Part shown: piece after piece, positions 28,590-36,305 of the stretch
Layout: every line of letters begins with the position of its first letter
How positions within the stretch are numbered: the stretch's first letter is position 1
Virus record (IMG/VR): IMGVR_UViG_3300015194_000001
Span: 1 to 53,417 of that record
Origin: a virus
Taxonomy: Duplodnaviria; Caudoviricetes
DNA length: 53,417 nt
Reading direction: 5' to 3' (one strand)
The notes under the pieces: model-generated
Told to the model about the DNA's origin: nothing
The model's database searches: none
The model's input: only the letters and a program-made list of their open reading frames with translations
Position numbers and translations under genes: made by a program

Positions 28590-28972
28590 GTGACTTCCTC
28601 GTCGACCGCCGACTTGTAGAGCGTGAAGTCGTTGGCCTTCTCGGCGACGAATGCGCGGAAGTCCTTGATGCGCAAGTAGCGCAGCGCGTTCTCGGCCGAG
28701 TACGGCACTTCGACACCCTTCTCGGTGACGCCACTCCAGCCCTTCAGCACCGTCTTGGCCAACACTTCGGCCATCAGGTTGTCCGAGAGAGTTTGCGATG
28801 CCTCGTTCTGCATGTCGAGCGCGCGCTTGTTGGCCTTGAACAACTTGCTGATCAACGTGTTGTAGGCATGACTGCCAGAGCGCGCAATGACGAAGGTCGC
28901 GTCGCCCATTTCGACGGCAACACCGTCTTGCTCTTTGGCGACGTCCGTGCCGAACTCGTTCAGGATATCCAT
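28580..28972 (-). CDS. Tail assembly chaperone (gpG-like)
   Basis: Between tail tube and tape measure; MDILNEFGTD..E.DG..IARSG..Y..LKGW.G...PYS; ends at the slippery site. Confidence 0.85.
   Translation of the reverse strand: MDILNEFGTDVAKEQDGVAVEMGDATFVIARSGSHAYNTLISKLFKANKRALDMQNEASQTLSDNLMAEVLAKTVLKGWSGVTEKGVEVPYSAENALRYLRIKDFRAFVAEKANDFTLYKSAVDEEVTGN
28583..28589 (-). other. Programmed -1 ribosomal frameshift slippery site G GGA AAC
   Basis: XXXYYYZ heptamer immediately before the chaperone stop codon; -1 frame open to 28194. Confidence 0.85.
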
Positions 28973-28994
28973 GAATTCCCCAGTGAAAAACAAC

Positions 28995-29022
28995 AGTGTA
29001 GCAAGAATGGAAATAGTGGCAA
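28995..29022 (-). promoter_or_regulatory. Sigma70-like promoter upstream of tail chaperone
   Basis: TTGCCA-16 nt-TACACT with extended -10 TG, just downstream of the tail-tube terminator. Confidence 0.5.
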
Positions 29023-29031
29023 GCGCGCTCG

Positions 29032-29057
29032 AAAAAAGCGGGGCACGGGGCCCCGCT
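29032..29057 (-). terminator. Intrinsic terminator after the tail tube gene
   Basis: AGCGGGGC/GCCCCGCT 8-bp stem followed by a T run on the minus strand. Confidence 0.85.
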
Positions 29058-29072
29058 AAAAGTGATGGCTGC

Positions 29073-30293
29073 TTACGGCAGGGCAGCACCCACGCGATCG
29101 ATGATGAGCGTCTTGCGCAGCGAAGGCACGGCATTCGTGTCATCGGACAAGGCCATGTAGTCGAACGTGGCCATCAGATCCTGATCCTTCGCGCCGGCGA
29201 CGATCTTCGAGTTCATCAGGCTGACTCGCGGCAGCGTGAAGACGTAGCCGTTGCCCGAGGCATCCTGGCTCGAGACGATGATCGAGGTGTAGGTGTTCGC
29301 CAGGAACTTGTCGTAGAGCGCGCCGTCAGCGAAGTACGCTTCGATCGCGCCCTTCACCGCGATCGTGCCGGCGCCGACGCCAACCAGCGGAAGCTGGCCA
29401 ATGGCTTGCTGCGGGCGCAGCGCGTTGTCGTAGTCGAGCGTGAGCGACTTGATGAAAGTCGACGTCAGCGGCGCGCCGCCTTCCCACAGGCTGCCGACGC
29501 CGGTCGCGCCGTTGTGGATGTCGAAGGTCTTCGAAGCGACCAACGTACCAGGCAGCGCAGTCACCGTGCCGCGGACGCCGGCCTTGCCGATGAAGTCGAA
29601 CGTGCCGTCAGTCAGCGCACCACTCGCGATCTTCAGCGCCAGCTTCGAGGGCGTCATGCCCTTGTACGTCAGCACCTGCGTGACGTCAGCCATCTGCTTT
29701 TCGATCGTGAAGCTGGACTGCGCCACGCCATTGGTCATCCGCGACGTCTGCAGCTTCACGCCAACGACACCCGCCGAAACCGCGGCCGGAGTCGACGCAT
29801 CGAGCGTGATCACAGTCGTGGTCGGCGCGACCGACAACGAGACGCGCAACAGCTTGCCGTTGTTCGTGTCGGCACCCGCGTTGACGCGAAACCACTGGCC
29901 AAGCGCCAAGGTAGCCCAGCTGTCGGCGCCGGCGGTGGCGACCGAAGCCGTCAGCGTGGTGGTCAGGAAGCCGACCGTCGAAGAAGCGCCGCTCTCGCCA
30001 GCCGTGCCGAACACCGTGATCGGGTTCTGCAGCAACGACGACAGGAAGGGGTCGTACTCGCCGTAGTTCAGGTGAAAGTTGAAGCCGCCAGCGACTTGCG
30101 CCGCCACCGGCACCACCGAAGAGATCGAACGGTCAGCCCGGAGCTCCTTCGACATGTCCTTCGTGATGTTGTAGTCGAGCGACTCGCCCGTCACACGAAG
30201 ATAGCTGCCGTTGCCGGCACCGGGCGTAGTCCCGAAGATCGACTCCAGGATGTAGGCCAGCTGAACGCGACTGGTTGAAGCAAGCACGGGCAT
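29073..30293 (-). CDS. Major tail tube protein
   Basis: LAYI.E..FGTTP..LRVTGESL..S.E.R.DR..SFTIEK..Y.G; followed by a terminator and the chaperones. Confidence 0.88.
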   Translation of the reverse strand: MPVLASTSRVQLAYILESIFGTTPGAGNGSYLRVTGESLDYNITKDMSKELRADRSISSVVPVAAQVAGGFNFHLNYGEYDPFLSSLLQNPITVFGTAGESGASSTVGFLTTTLTASVATAGADSWATLALGQWFRVNAGADTNNGKLLRVSLSVAPTTTVITLDASTPAAVSAGVVGVKLQTSRMTNGVAQSSFTIEKQMADVTQVLTYKGMTPSKLALKIASGALTDGTFDFIGKAGVRGTVTALPGTLVASKTFDIHNGATGVGSLWEGGAPLTSTFIKSLTLDYDNALRPQQAIGQLPLVGVGAGTIAVKGAIEAYFADGALYDKFLANTYTSIIVSSQDASGNGYVFTLPRVSLMNSKIVAGAKDQDLMATFDYMALSDDTNAVPSLRKTLIIDRVGAALP

Positions 30294-30329
30294 AGGAATC
30301 TCCGGGTGGAAAAAGAGCTTTCAGCTCAG

Positions 30330-30358
30330 ATTATGGGTGATGGAATCTCAGGTGGCAA
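30330..30358 (-). promoter_or_regulatory. Sigma70-like promoter upstream of tail tube
   Basis: TTGCCA-17 nt-CATAAT, then GGAG RBS. Confidence 0.55.
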
Positions 30359-30767
30359 CACGAACCCACCAGAAAGGAACCACGATCGGGTATCCCTCCC
30401 AGTCCTTGAAAGGATTCGACTTGGCGTACATGCCGGTTTGCGTGCGCACGCCAGACAACTCTTTCAATTCGAACCACGGGAGGAAGTAGTCGAGCAGCAG
30501 TCCCGAGGCGCGCTCACCAGAGTTCTGTTTGCAAAAAGCAGTGATGACAATTTGCCCATATTGCGCACTCAACGGTTTAGGGTTGAAGTCAAGCTGTTTG
30601 CCGTTGATATTCACGATGTCGAGACCAACCCAAGGCAGAACCTGAGTGGTGGTGTCAACCAGGTTCCGATTCGGATACTGCGCCACCGGTTTGGGCGACG
30701 TCGGGTAGGCCGCAAGCGCAGCGTCGAACTGCGTCACGATCGCAAGCCTGGCGGACTCGTTGTTCAT
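30348..30767 (-). CDS. Tail terminator protein
   Basis: 139 aa immediately upstream of tail tube; YPN..PWV...I..G.I.I..F....SG pattern. Confidence 0.7.
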   Translation of the reverse strand: MNNESARLAIVTQFDAALAAYPTSPKPVAQYPNRNLVDTTTQVLPWVGLDIVNINGKQLDFNPKPLSAQYGQIVITAFCKQNSGERASGLLLDYFLPWFELKELSGVRTQTGMYAKSNPFKDWEGYPIVVPFWWVRVAT

Positions 30768-31240
30768 CAGAGGGGGTCGTAGGTCGCGTAAACGTTCAGA
30801 GCGTGCGCGATCATCGCGACGCGTCCATCGAGCAGGTTGACCCCGCGAATATAGATCGAGTGCGCCTCCACTTCCGGAGCAATTTCAGCCGGGTTGAAAA
30901 TGAACACCGGCTCTGCGTATTCAAAGCTCGGGTCGAACCGCGCCTTCGAGATCTCTACTGCTTGAGGGTCTCCGCGCTGGTAGGGCGCCATGTCTTTTGG
31001 CAGCGGCCACATATACGCCTTCGAAGCGATCGTCTGCTCTACGCCCTCGTCAGACGTGGTACTCATGAACCAGTTGGCAGCCAGGTTGCCGGACCACTGC
31101 GGAGTGAGCTCGATGATGTCGTAGAAAATAATGCGTACCCACTCGCGATACTTCTCAGTGACCTGGTTGTTGAAAGCCTTCTGCTGCACGTCGAGTGCAG
31201 CGAGAAACGCGTCTATGCCGGCGAAGTCGACATTAACCAA
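30767..31240 (-). CDS. Neck / tail completion protein
   Basis: TPQWSGNLAANW motif resembling HK97 gp10-like proteins; gene order. Confidence 0.65.
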   Translation of the reverse strand: MVNVDFAGIDAFLAALDVQQKAFNNQVTEKYREWVRIIFYDIIELTPQWSGNLAANWFMSTTSDEGVEQTIASKAYMWPLPKDMAPYQRGDPQAVEISKARFDPSFEYAEPVFIFNPAEIAPEVEAHSIYIRGVNLLDGRVAMIAHALNVYATYDPL

Positions 31241-32069
31241 CGCGTACGTGCAACAGCCAGCAGTCGAGTTCCGACTGGACCGTCAACACCCTCCAGGTCG
31301 TGCCCAGCATCGTGAATAGCGAGCCCACCTTCGGCGTCAACGCCGTCTTCGGCACAAGCACTGCCTCGTCGCCTTGCACATAGGGCGCGTCTGACGCAGT
31401 GTGCAACTGGTAGAGCTTGTTGTAGTCGACGATGAAGACTGGCGTCGTGATCGACACCGTCGCGTAGCTGTCGGTCGCAGAGTTGTAGGTGCCGTTCTCG
31501 GTGAACACCGCTGTCTGCAACGTGTTCGTCGGCATCTCGTCACACTCAGCCACTCGCAGGCCATCCACCGGCAAGTAGGTCATGCGCACACGCAACTTGA
31601 CGTCCGGCGTCACGATGATAGAGCCCGCGTCGATCGTTTCATGAGGCGACAAGAAGACATTCCAGGCCACGCTCGAGTCGGACTCAGACACCGTGTTGAA
31701 GATGTCCTTGAAGTACTGTTTCTGGACAAAAGCAAGCGTCGCACCTGTACCGCTGAGCGCCTGCGCCGGCGTACCAACCTTCGCAAGGTCGGTCGCCTTC
31801 TTCATGTTGTAGGCGACGCGTGCGATCGAGCCGCCGAAAGCGTCCGCGGATCCTGCGCCAACAATCCAGATCTCACCGTAGAGATTGATCGCGCTGCGCA
31901 GCGGAATCTCAGTGCCTTCCGGCACGCTGAGCACACGCCGGCGCGCCGTGGCGCCGCTTGCCGCGTGATCATCGTATGAGGTGAAGGCGCAAAAGAAGGC
32001 TTCGTCGCCGGTATAGGCGTCCGTCGCAAGCGTGTCGTTGAAGCGGCGCGCCGCGTCCTTCAGGCGCAT
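31233..32069 (-). CDS. Head-tail joining / closure protein
   Basis: Gene order in the head-tail block; C-terminal PKVG....G.TWRV..V beta-barrel-like motif. Confidence 0.55.
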   Translation of the reverse strand: MRLKDAARRFNDTLATDAYTGDEAFFCAFTSYDDHAASGATARRRVLSVPEGTEIPLRSAINLYGEIWIVGAGSADAFGGSIARVAYNMKKATDLAKVGTPAQALSGTGATLAFVQKQYFKDIFNTVSESDSSVAWNVFLSPHETIDAGSIIVTPDVKLRVRMTYLPVDGLRVAECDEMPTNTLQTAVFTENGTYNSATDSYATVSITTPVFIVDYNKLYQLHTASDAPYVQGDEAVLVPKTALTPKVGSLFTMLGTTWRVLTVQSELDCWLLHVRVG

Positions 32070-32575
32070 TACGCCCCCGTCACAGGATCCACGCCGAGGC
32101 CGACGGCCAGCAGCGCCGCGAACAGCACAGGATTTTTTGGTGTGGCCAACGGGTAGAGCACCAGGTAAGCGGCGAGCAGCCGCGCGCGCATCTGCTGGTA
32201 GAAAGTCTCGACGCCGGCCTTCACGTCCTTGTAGGGATCGGCAATGCGGACCATCTCTGTCTTCGAATCCTTGATGGTCTGCGGCGCGAACATATCGAGC
32301 GTCAGCAGCAAGTGGCGCGCGACAACATAGGTCGCATACACCTTCAGGATCGAGACGTAGCGGCTTTCGCTGACCGTCGGCGATGGCGTGACCGTGGTGT
32401 CGGTCAGATCGAGAAAATGCGCCTGCATCGTCGGCGTGAAGTCGCCGATGTCGCCGAGGTTGAAGCCCAGTACCTGCTCGAAGATCGACTGTTTCAGGAC
32501 GTCGTCGGGAATCTCTTCTTCGGCGACGCCAAGCGCAGACCGGATCTCATCGTAGGAAGCGTACTGGGTCAGCAT
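32069..32575 (-). CDS. Head-tail adaptor
   Basis: YASYDEIRSALGV...EIPD N-terminus, helical; first gene after the capsid terminator. Confidence 0.6.
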   Translation of the reverse strand: MLTQYASYDEIRSALGVAEEEIPDDVLKQSIFEQVLGFNLGDIGDFTPTMQAHFLDLTDTTVTPSPTVSESRYVSILKVYATYVVARHLLLTLDMFAPQTIKDSKTEMVRIADPYKDVKAGVETFYQQMRARLLAAYLVLYPLATPKNPVLFAALLAVGLGVDPVTGA

Positions 32576-32606
32576 GGCCGATTGTAGGAGTGAGGACTCA
32601 CAAATG

Positions 32607-32628
32607 AAAAGGCCCGCGGAGGCGGGCC
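32607..32628 (-). terminator. Intrinsic terminator after the capsid block
   Basis: GGCCCGC/GCGGGCC stem, 4-nt loop, TTTT on the minus strand. Confidence 0.75.
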
Positions 32629-32657
32629 AGTTCAGCTTGCTTCAGGTCGACTGCAGG

Positions 32658-33017
32658 TCAGGTCGCGACGGCGCTCTGCATGCCGTTGCCCATCGTCTGG
32701 TCCGCGCCTTCGGTCGGCCGCTCGTCGAGCGCCGGGTTCTCGGTCGAAGCCGCCTTGCCCTTCGCGTCGGCCGGTGCGTCGACTTCCTCGAGCACGCCGG
32801 CTTCGATCTGCTTCACGACCCACTCAGTGCGAATCGCGCGTGTCGGAACGCCAGCCTCGAATCGGGCGCCACCTTCGGCATCGATCATGGGGTACTGTGC
32901 TTTCGACGCGAACCACTCGCCCTTCGCGTCGACGACGTTGAAGGAGGGAGAGCCTTCGCCCTCGCCCACGACGTTCGCGTCTTTCGCCGCGGCGTCCTTG
33001 CTCTTGTTCAGGCTCAT
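32658..33017 (-). CDS. Acidic hypothetical protein downstream of major capsid
   Basis: AGGAG RBS, 119 aa, GC3-rich codons. Confidence 0.7.
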   Translation of the reverse strand: MSLNKSKDAAAKDANVVGEGEGSPSFNVVDAKGEWFASKAQYPMIDAEGGARFEAGVPTRAIRTEWVVKQIEAGVLEEVDAPADAKGKAASTENPALDERPTEGADQTMGNGMQSAVAT

Positions 33018-33040
33018 GTTGTGTGCTCCTGTAGTTGTGA

Positions 33041-34267
33041 TCAGCTGACGGTCAGCGTGTCGAACGCGTCGTTGTGCAGCCGGTAGCAGATCTCGGCGAA
33101 CTGCACCATGAACGCTTCGGCCTGGCGCAGAGCGTAGTTCTCCGCGGCCGTCACGTCCGCCGCCGTGTTGCGCACACGGGCGATGGCGTAGCGGCTGTCG
33201 AGGCCGAGGATGGTGCCGGCCGGCAGCGGGCCACCGTCAGCAGCGTCGTCGACGATGAAGACCTTGACGTCACCGATCACCGAGTTGACCACCGTCGCCT
33301 GCGCTTCGAGGCGCGGCAGCTGGTTGTCGATCGCGGTAAGCGACGGGCGGCCGACGCGAGCTTCGATCAGCAGGTACGTCGCCAGGTCACACATGACCCA
33401 GTCGATGACCCGGTACTTGCGGCGCTTGAAGAGCCACTTGAGCCAGGCGGTCTGCGTGATCTTGCCAGTCGGGCAAGCCGGGTCGAGCGTGAGCGTCGCA
33501 GTGGTGAATCCGAGCGAGCTCAGCGAGCCGCTGTTGATGTCCGCATCACCCGCGTAGAAGTCGCTGATGTACGAGTTCACCCAGGCGTCCTTCTCGACCA
33601 TCATCTGGCGAGCGACGGACATGCCGACCAGATCGAGCGTCGTCGCGCGCAGAGCCTCCTTCGAGAACTCCATGCCGAGAGCGTACGTCGGGATCTTGCG
33701 CGTCACGTCGCTGGTCGTGAACTGCATCATGGCGTTCGGGCCAGCCAGCTGAGCACGACGGCCGGAGAGCGCCGAGTTCGGGCCGTTGTACGTGCCCATG
33801 TTGATCTGCGGCTGCTCGAAGCGGTCCTTGTCGACGGCGATGTCGATGGCGACCATCTTGTCGAACTGGACGCGATCCATGTCGTAGTTCTTGACCAGCG
33901 CCGTTTCCATGTACGCGATCAGCGCGGCAGGGAACAGCGTGCGCGACGTGCCAGTGGACGGAGCCGGGTTGCCGAACTGCTGCGTGTTCGGGCCGGCGCT
34001 GAAGCTCACCGTGCCGCTGAGGACGTCGGCCATCGACGGAGCGCGCAGGCCGTAGTTCGCCTGGACCTTCGGATCCGGAACGATCAGGCCCGTCGACGCC
34101 AGCATCTGGTTGAACGTCGAGCCGAAGGGGTTGCCCTCCTTCGTCGGGTACTGGCGGTTGATGTACGCCGGAACCGACAGGTTCGCGTCGCTCGCAGCCT
34201 TGTAGATCGTCGGCGGGAGCTCGACGTCTTGAAGAGCACCGGCTGCGTCGTAGTACTTTGCGCCCAT
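33041..34267 (-). CDS. Major capsid protein
   Basis: 408 aa after protease and decoration genes; strong RBS and strongly biased codons; P.Y..G.EFS.EA motif. Confidence 0.85.
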   Translation of the reverse strand: MGAKYYDAAGALQDVELPPTIYKAASDANLSVPAYINRQYPTKEGNPFGSTFNQMLASTGLIVPDPKVQANYGLRAPSMADVLSGTVSFSAGPNTQQFGNPAPSTGTSRTLFPAALIAYMETALVKNYDMDRVQFDKMVAIDIAVDKDRFEQPQINMGTYNGPNSALSGRRAQLAGPNAMMQFTTSDVTRKIPTYALGMEFSKEALRATTLDLVGMSVARQMMVEKDAWVNSYISDFYAGDADINSGSLSSLGFTTATLTLDPACPTGKITQTAWLKWLFKRRKYRVIDWVMCDLATYLLIEARVGRPSLTAIDNQLPRLEAQATVVNSVIGDVKVFIVDDAADGGPLPAGTILGLDSRYAIARVRNTAADVTAAENYALRQAEAFMVQFAEICYRLHNDAFDTLTVS

Positions 34268-34304
34268 GAAGGTTCCTTGGTGAAACGAGAGAGGTGTGGA
34301 AGGA

Positions 34305-34778
34305 TCAGCCGACTTGCGCCATCAGCGCGACGCTGCCGACGGCGCCGGAGCCCGTCCTGAAGCCAACGACACGCCAGTTGAAGAAGCCGACGGCTTGCGA
34401 CGTCGCCTTGCAGACGCGCACCGGCTCGGTCAGCGCGGTGTTGCGCGCAACGACAGTGCCGGTGACGAGGTAATCGCCGACAGCGATCGTGCCGGTGCCA
34501 GGCGTGCCTTGAAGGCCGTCACACGTGACGAACTTCGAGTCTTCTTCCTGAATGGAGCCGATCGAGAAGCCTTGGGCAGTCGCGGCATCCATCGAGACGA
34601 TATACGCCTCGATCGGATCGCCAGTGGCGCACAGGCCGTAGGCCGAGTCGCCGATGACCTTGACGATCTTGCCGATGTCGTTGGCGTTGTAGTTGTTCGC
34701 CGTACCGGCAATGCCCAGCTTCGTGGTGACTGACGAGCTGGACGGGAGAACTTCTGCGCGCGAGAAAGCACGAGCCAT
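34305..34778 (-). CDS. Head decoration / cement protein
   Basis: DIGK.VK..GDS.Y.LC..GD.I, IAVGDY.V pattern; between scaffold and capsid genes. Confidence 0.75.
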   Translation of the reverse strand: MARAFSRAEVLPSSSSVTTKLGIAGTANNYNANDIGKIVKVIGDSAYGLCATGDPIEAYIVSMDAATAQGFSIGSIQEEDSKFVTCDGLQGTPGTGTIAVGDYLVTGTVVARNTALTEPVRVCKATSQAVGFFNWRVVGFRTGSGAVGSVALMAQVG

Positions 34779-34792
34779 GATGGTTCCTTGGG

Positions 34793-35422
34793 TTACTTGC
34801 CAGCTTGCGCGGCGACGAGAAACAGGGGCGGCGGCGCAGCATGCTGAACAGCAGGCGCGCGCTCGGTGGAGGCGGCGGTGCCGGCAGCGCCGCCCACCTT
34901 GAACTTCTTCAGGAACAGATCACTCGTCTCGCTGTGAGCGGTGATGACTTCCGGCGCTGACATGGTGGAGGCAGCTTCGGCATTGCCGCCAAGCGCAACC
35001 TTCATCTTGCCCACCGCGCCGCGCGCGATCTCGAGCAGCTTGGGGAAGGTCTCGGCAGTCACCGTCGCCTGAGTCTCGAGCTGCGCCAGCCTGACACCCG
35101 ACGTGATCGCATTGGCAGTGGCAGTGGCCAACTCGCCGCGAAGAAATGTCACCAGCGCGCCTTCGGCTTGAGTCGCGGCGGCAGCAGCCGTGCCGGCAGC
35201 AGCAGAGGCTTCAGCCGCGGCAGTGGCGGCCGCAGCAGCGGCAGCAGTGGCTTCGGCAGTAGCAGCCGGATCGGTACCCTCAGCGGCAGCCGCTGCAGCA
35301 GCCGCGGCGGTCGCCGCCTCTGCCGCCGCGGTTTCCGCGTCTTGTTGCGTTTCGCTGGCTTCGATGACGGCGCCCGACGCAATTGCTGCGAGGTCGGCGG
35401 CAGAAAGGGTTTTCTTCGTCAT
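34793..35422 (-). CDS. Scaffolding protein from an in-frame internal start (lambda Nu3-like)
   Basis: Internal ATG (MTKKTLSAADL) preceded by GGAG and its own promoter; Ala/Glu-rich helical sequence. Confidence 0.7.
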   Translation of the reverse strand: MTKKTLSAADLAAIASGAVIEASETQQDAETAAAEAATAAAAAAAAAEGTDPAATAEATAAAAAAATAAAEASAAAGTAAAAATQAEGALVTFLRGELATATANAITSGVRLAQLETQATVTAETFPKLLEIARGAVGKMKVALGGNAEAASTMSAPEVITAHSETSDLFLKKFKVGGAAGTAASTERAPAVQHAAPPPLFLVAAQAGK

Positions 35423-36265
35423 AGGGGCTCCAGAACTCCGCGTATTCTGCGGAGCGGTATGAGTATTGTCAACGCTCTGCAGTGCTTTCGCTGCAGAAAG
35501 AGCGCCTTCGTATGTCGAGATACCGTCAGCAAGGCCAGCCGATACTGCGCGCTTGCCCACGAATTCACGCCCTTTGCCCATTTTCGACTCGACTGCCGCG
35601 ACCGACATATCCCGGCCAGTGCTGACAGCCGAATGAAACACCGCGAGGATGTCGTCCGACAGCACCTGGAGCTCAGCTTTCGCGACGTCGCTCAAAGGCT
35701 CGACGGGATTCGCAAGCTGCTTGAACTCGCCTGAGCGAATGACGGTGTCGGTGATGCCGGCCGCAGAGCGCATCTTCGACATTTCGCTGTGCTTGAGCAC
35801 GACGCCAATCGAACCCGCGATGGTGGTCGGCCCGATGAGGACGGCCGACGCTTGGCTGCCAAGCCAATAGGCCGCGGAAGCGATCGTGCCGTCGGCGTAT
35901 GTGAGCACTGGCTTCACCGCATTGACTTGCGAGATCAGGGTTGCGCAGTCCGCGCAACCATCAACGGCGCCGCCGCCACTGTTGATCGCGAGCAGGATCG
36001 ACTTGATCTCGGGATTCTGCGCAGCTTCGACCAGCGCGTTGCGCACATCGCCGTAGCCGGTCAGGCCGAAGAAGGACATGAAGCCTGCTTCGCCAGGGAT
36101 CAGCGGGCCGGCGATCGAGATGACACCGACGTTGTCTTGCAGCGAGAGCAGGTCGCTCTTAATCGCTTCCTTGCCGCTCGTTTGATACGCCAGCGCAGCA
36201 GCTGAAGCATTGAGTGCGAAGTCGTACGACGCTTCATCTCCCGCCCACAGCTTTCCGAAATTCAT
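34793..36265 (-). CDS. Prohead protease (S49/SppA type) with C-terminal scaffold region
   Basis: ILLAINSGGG, ASAAYWLGSQA, GSIGVV, SGEFK motifs. Confidence 0.92.
   Translation of the reverse strand: MNFGKLWAGDEASYDFALNASAAALAYQTSGKEAIKSDLLSLQDNVGVISIAGPLIPGEAGFMSFFGLTGYGDVRNALVEAAQNPEIKSILLAINSGGGAVDGCADCATLISQVNAVKPVLTYADGTIASAAYWLGSQASAVLIGPTTIAGSIGVVLKHSEMSKMRSAAGITDTVIRSGEFKQLANPVEPLSDVAKAELQVLSDDILAVFHSAVSTGRDMSVAAVESKMGKGREFVGKRAVSAGLADGISTYEGALSAAKALQSVDNTHTAPQNTRSSGAPMTKKTLSAADLAAIASGAVIEASETQQDAETAAAEAATAAAAAAAAAEGTDPAATAEATAAAAAAATAAAEASAAAGTAAAAATQAEGALVTFLRGELATATANAITSGVRLAQLETQATVTAETFPKLLEIARGAVGKMKVALGGNAEAASTMSAPEVITAHSETSDLFLKKFKVGGAAGTAASTERAPAVQHAAPPPLFLVAAQAGK
35444..35472 (-). 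promoter_or_regulatory. Sigma70 promoter inside the protease gene
   Basis: TTGACA-17 nt-CAGAAT, about 20 nt upstream of the scaffold ATG. Confidence 0.7.
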
Positions 36266-36305
36266 ACTGGCTCCCGAATGCGCGAGTGTAGGTGAGAAAA
36301 CTGCT

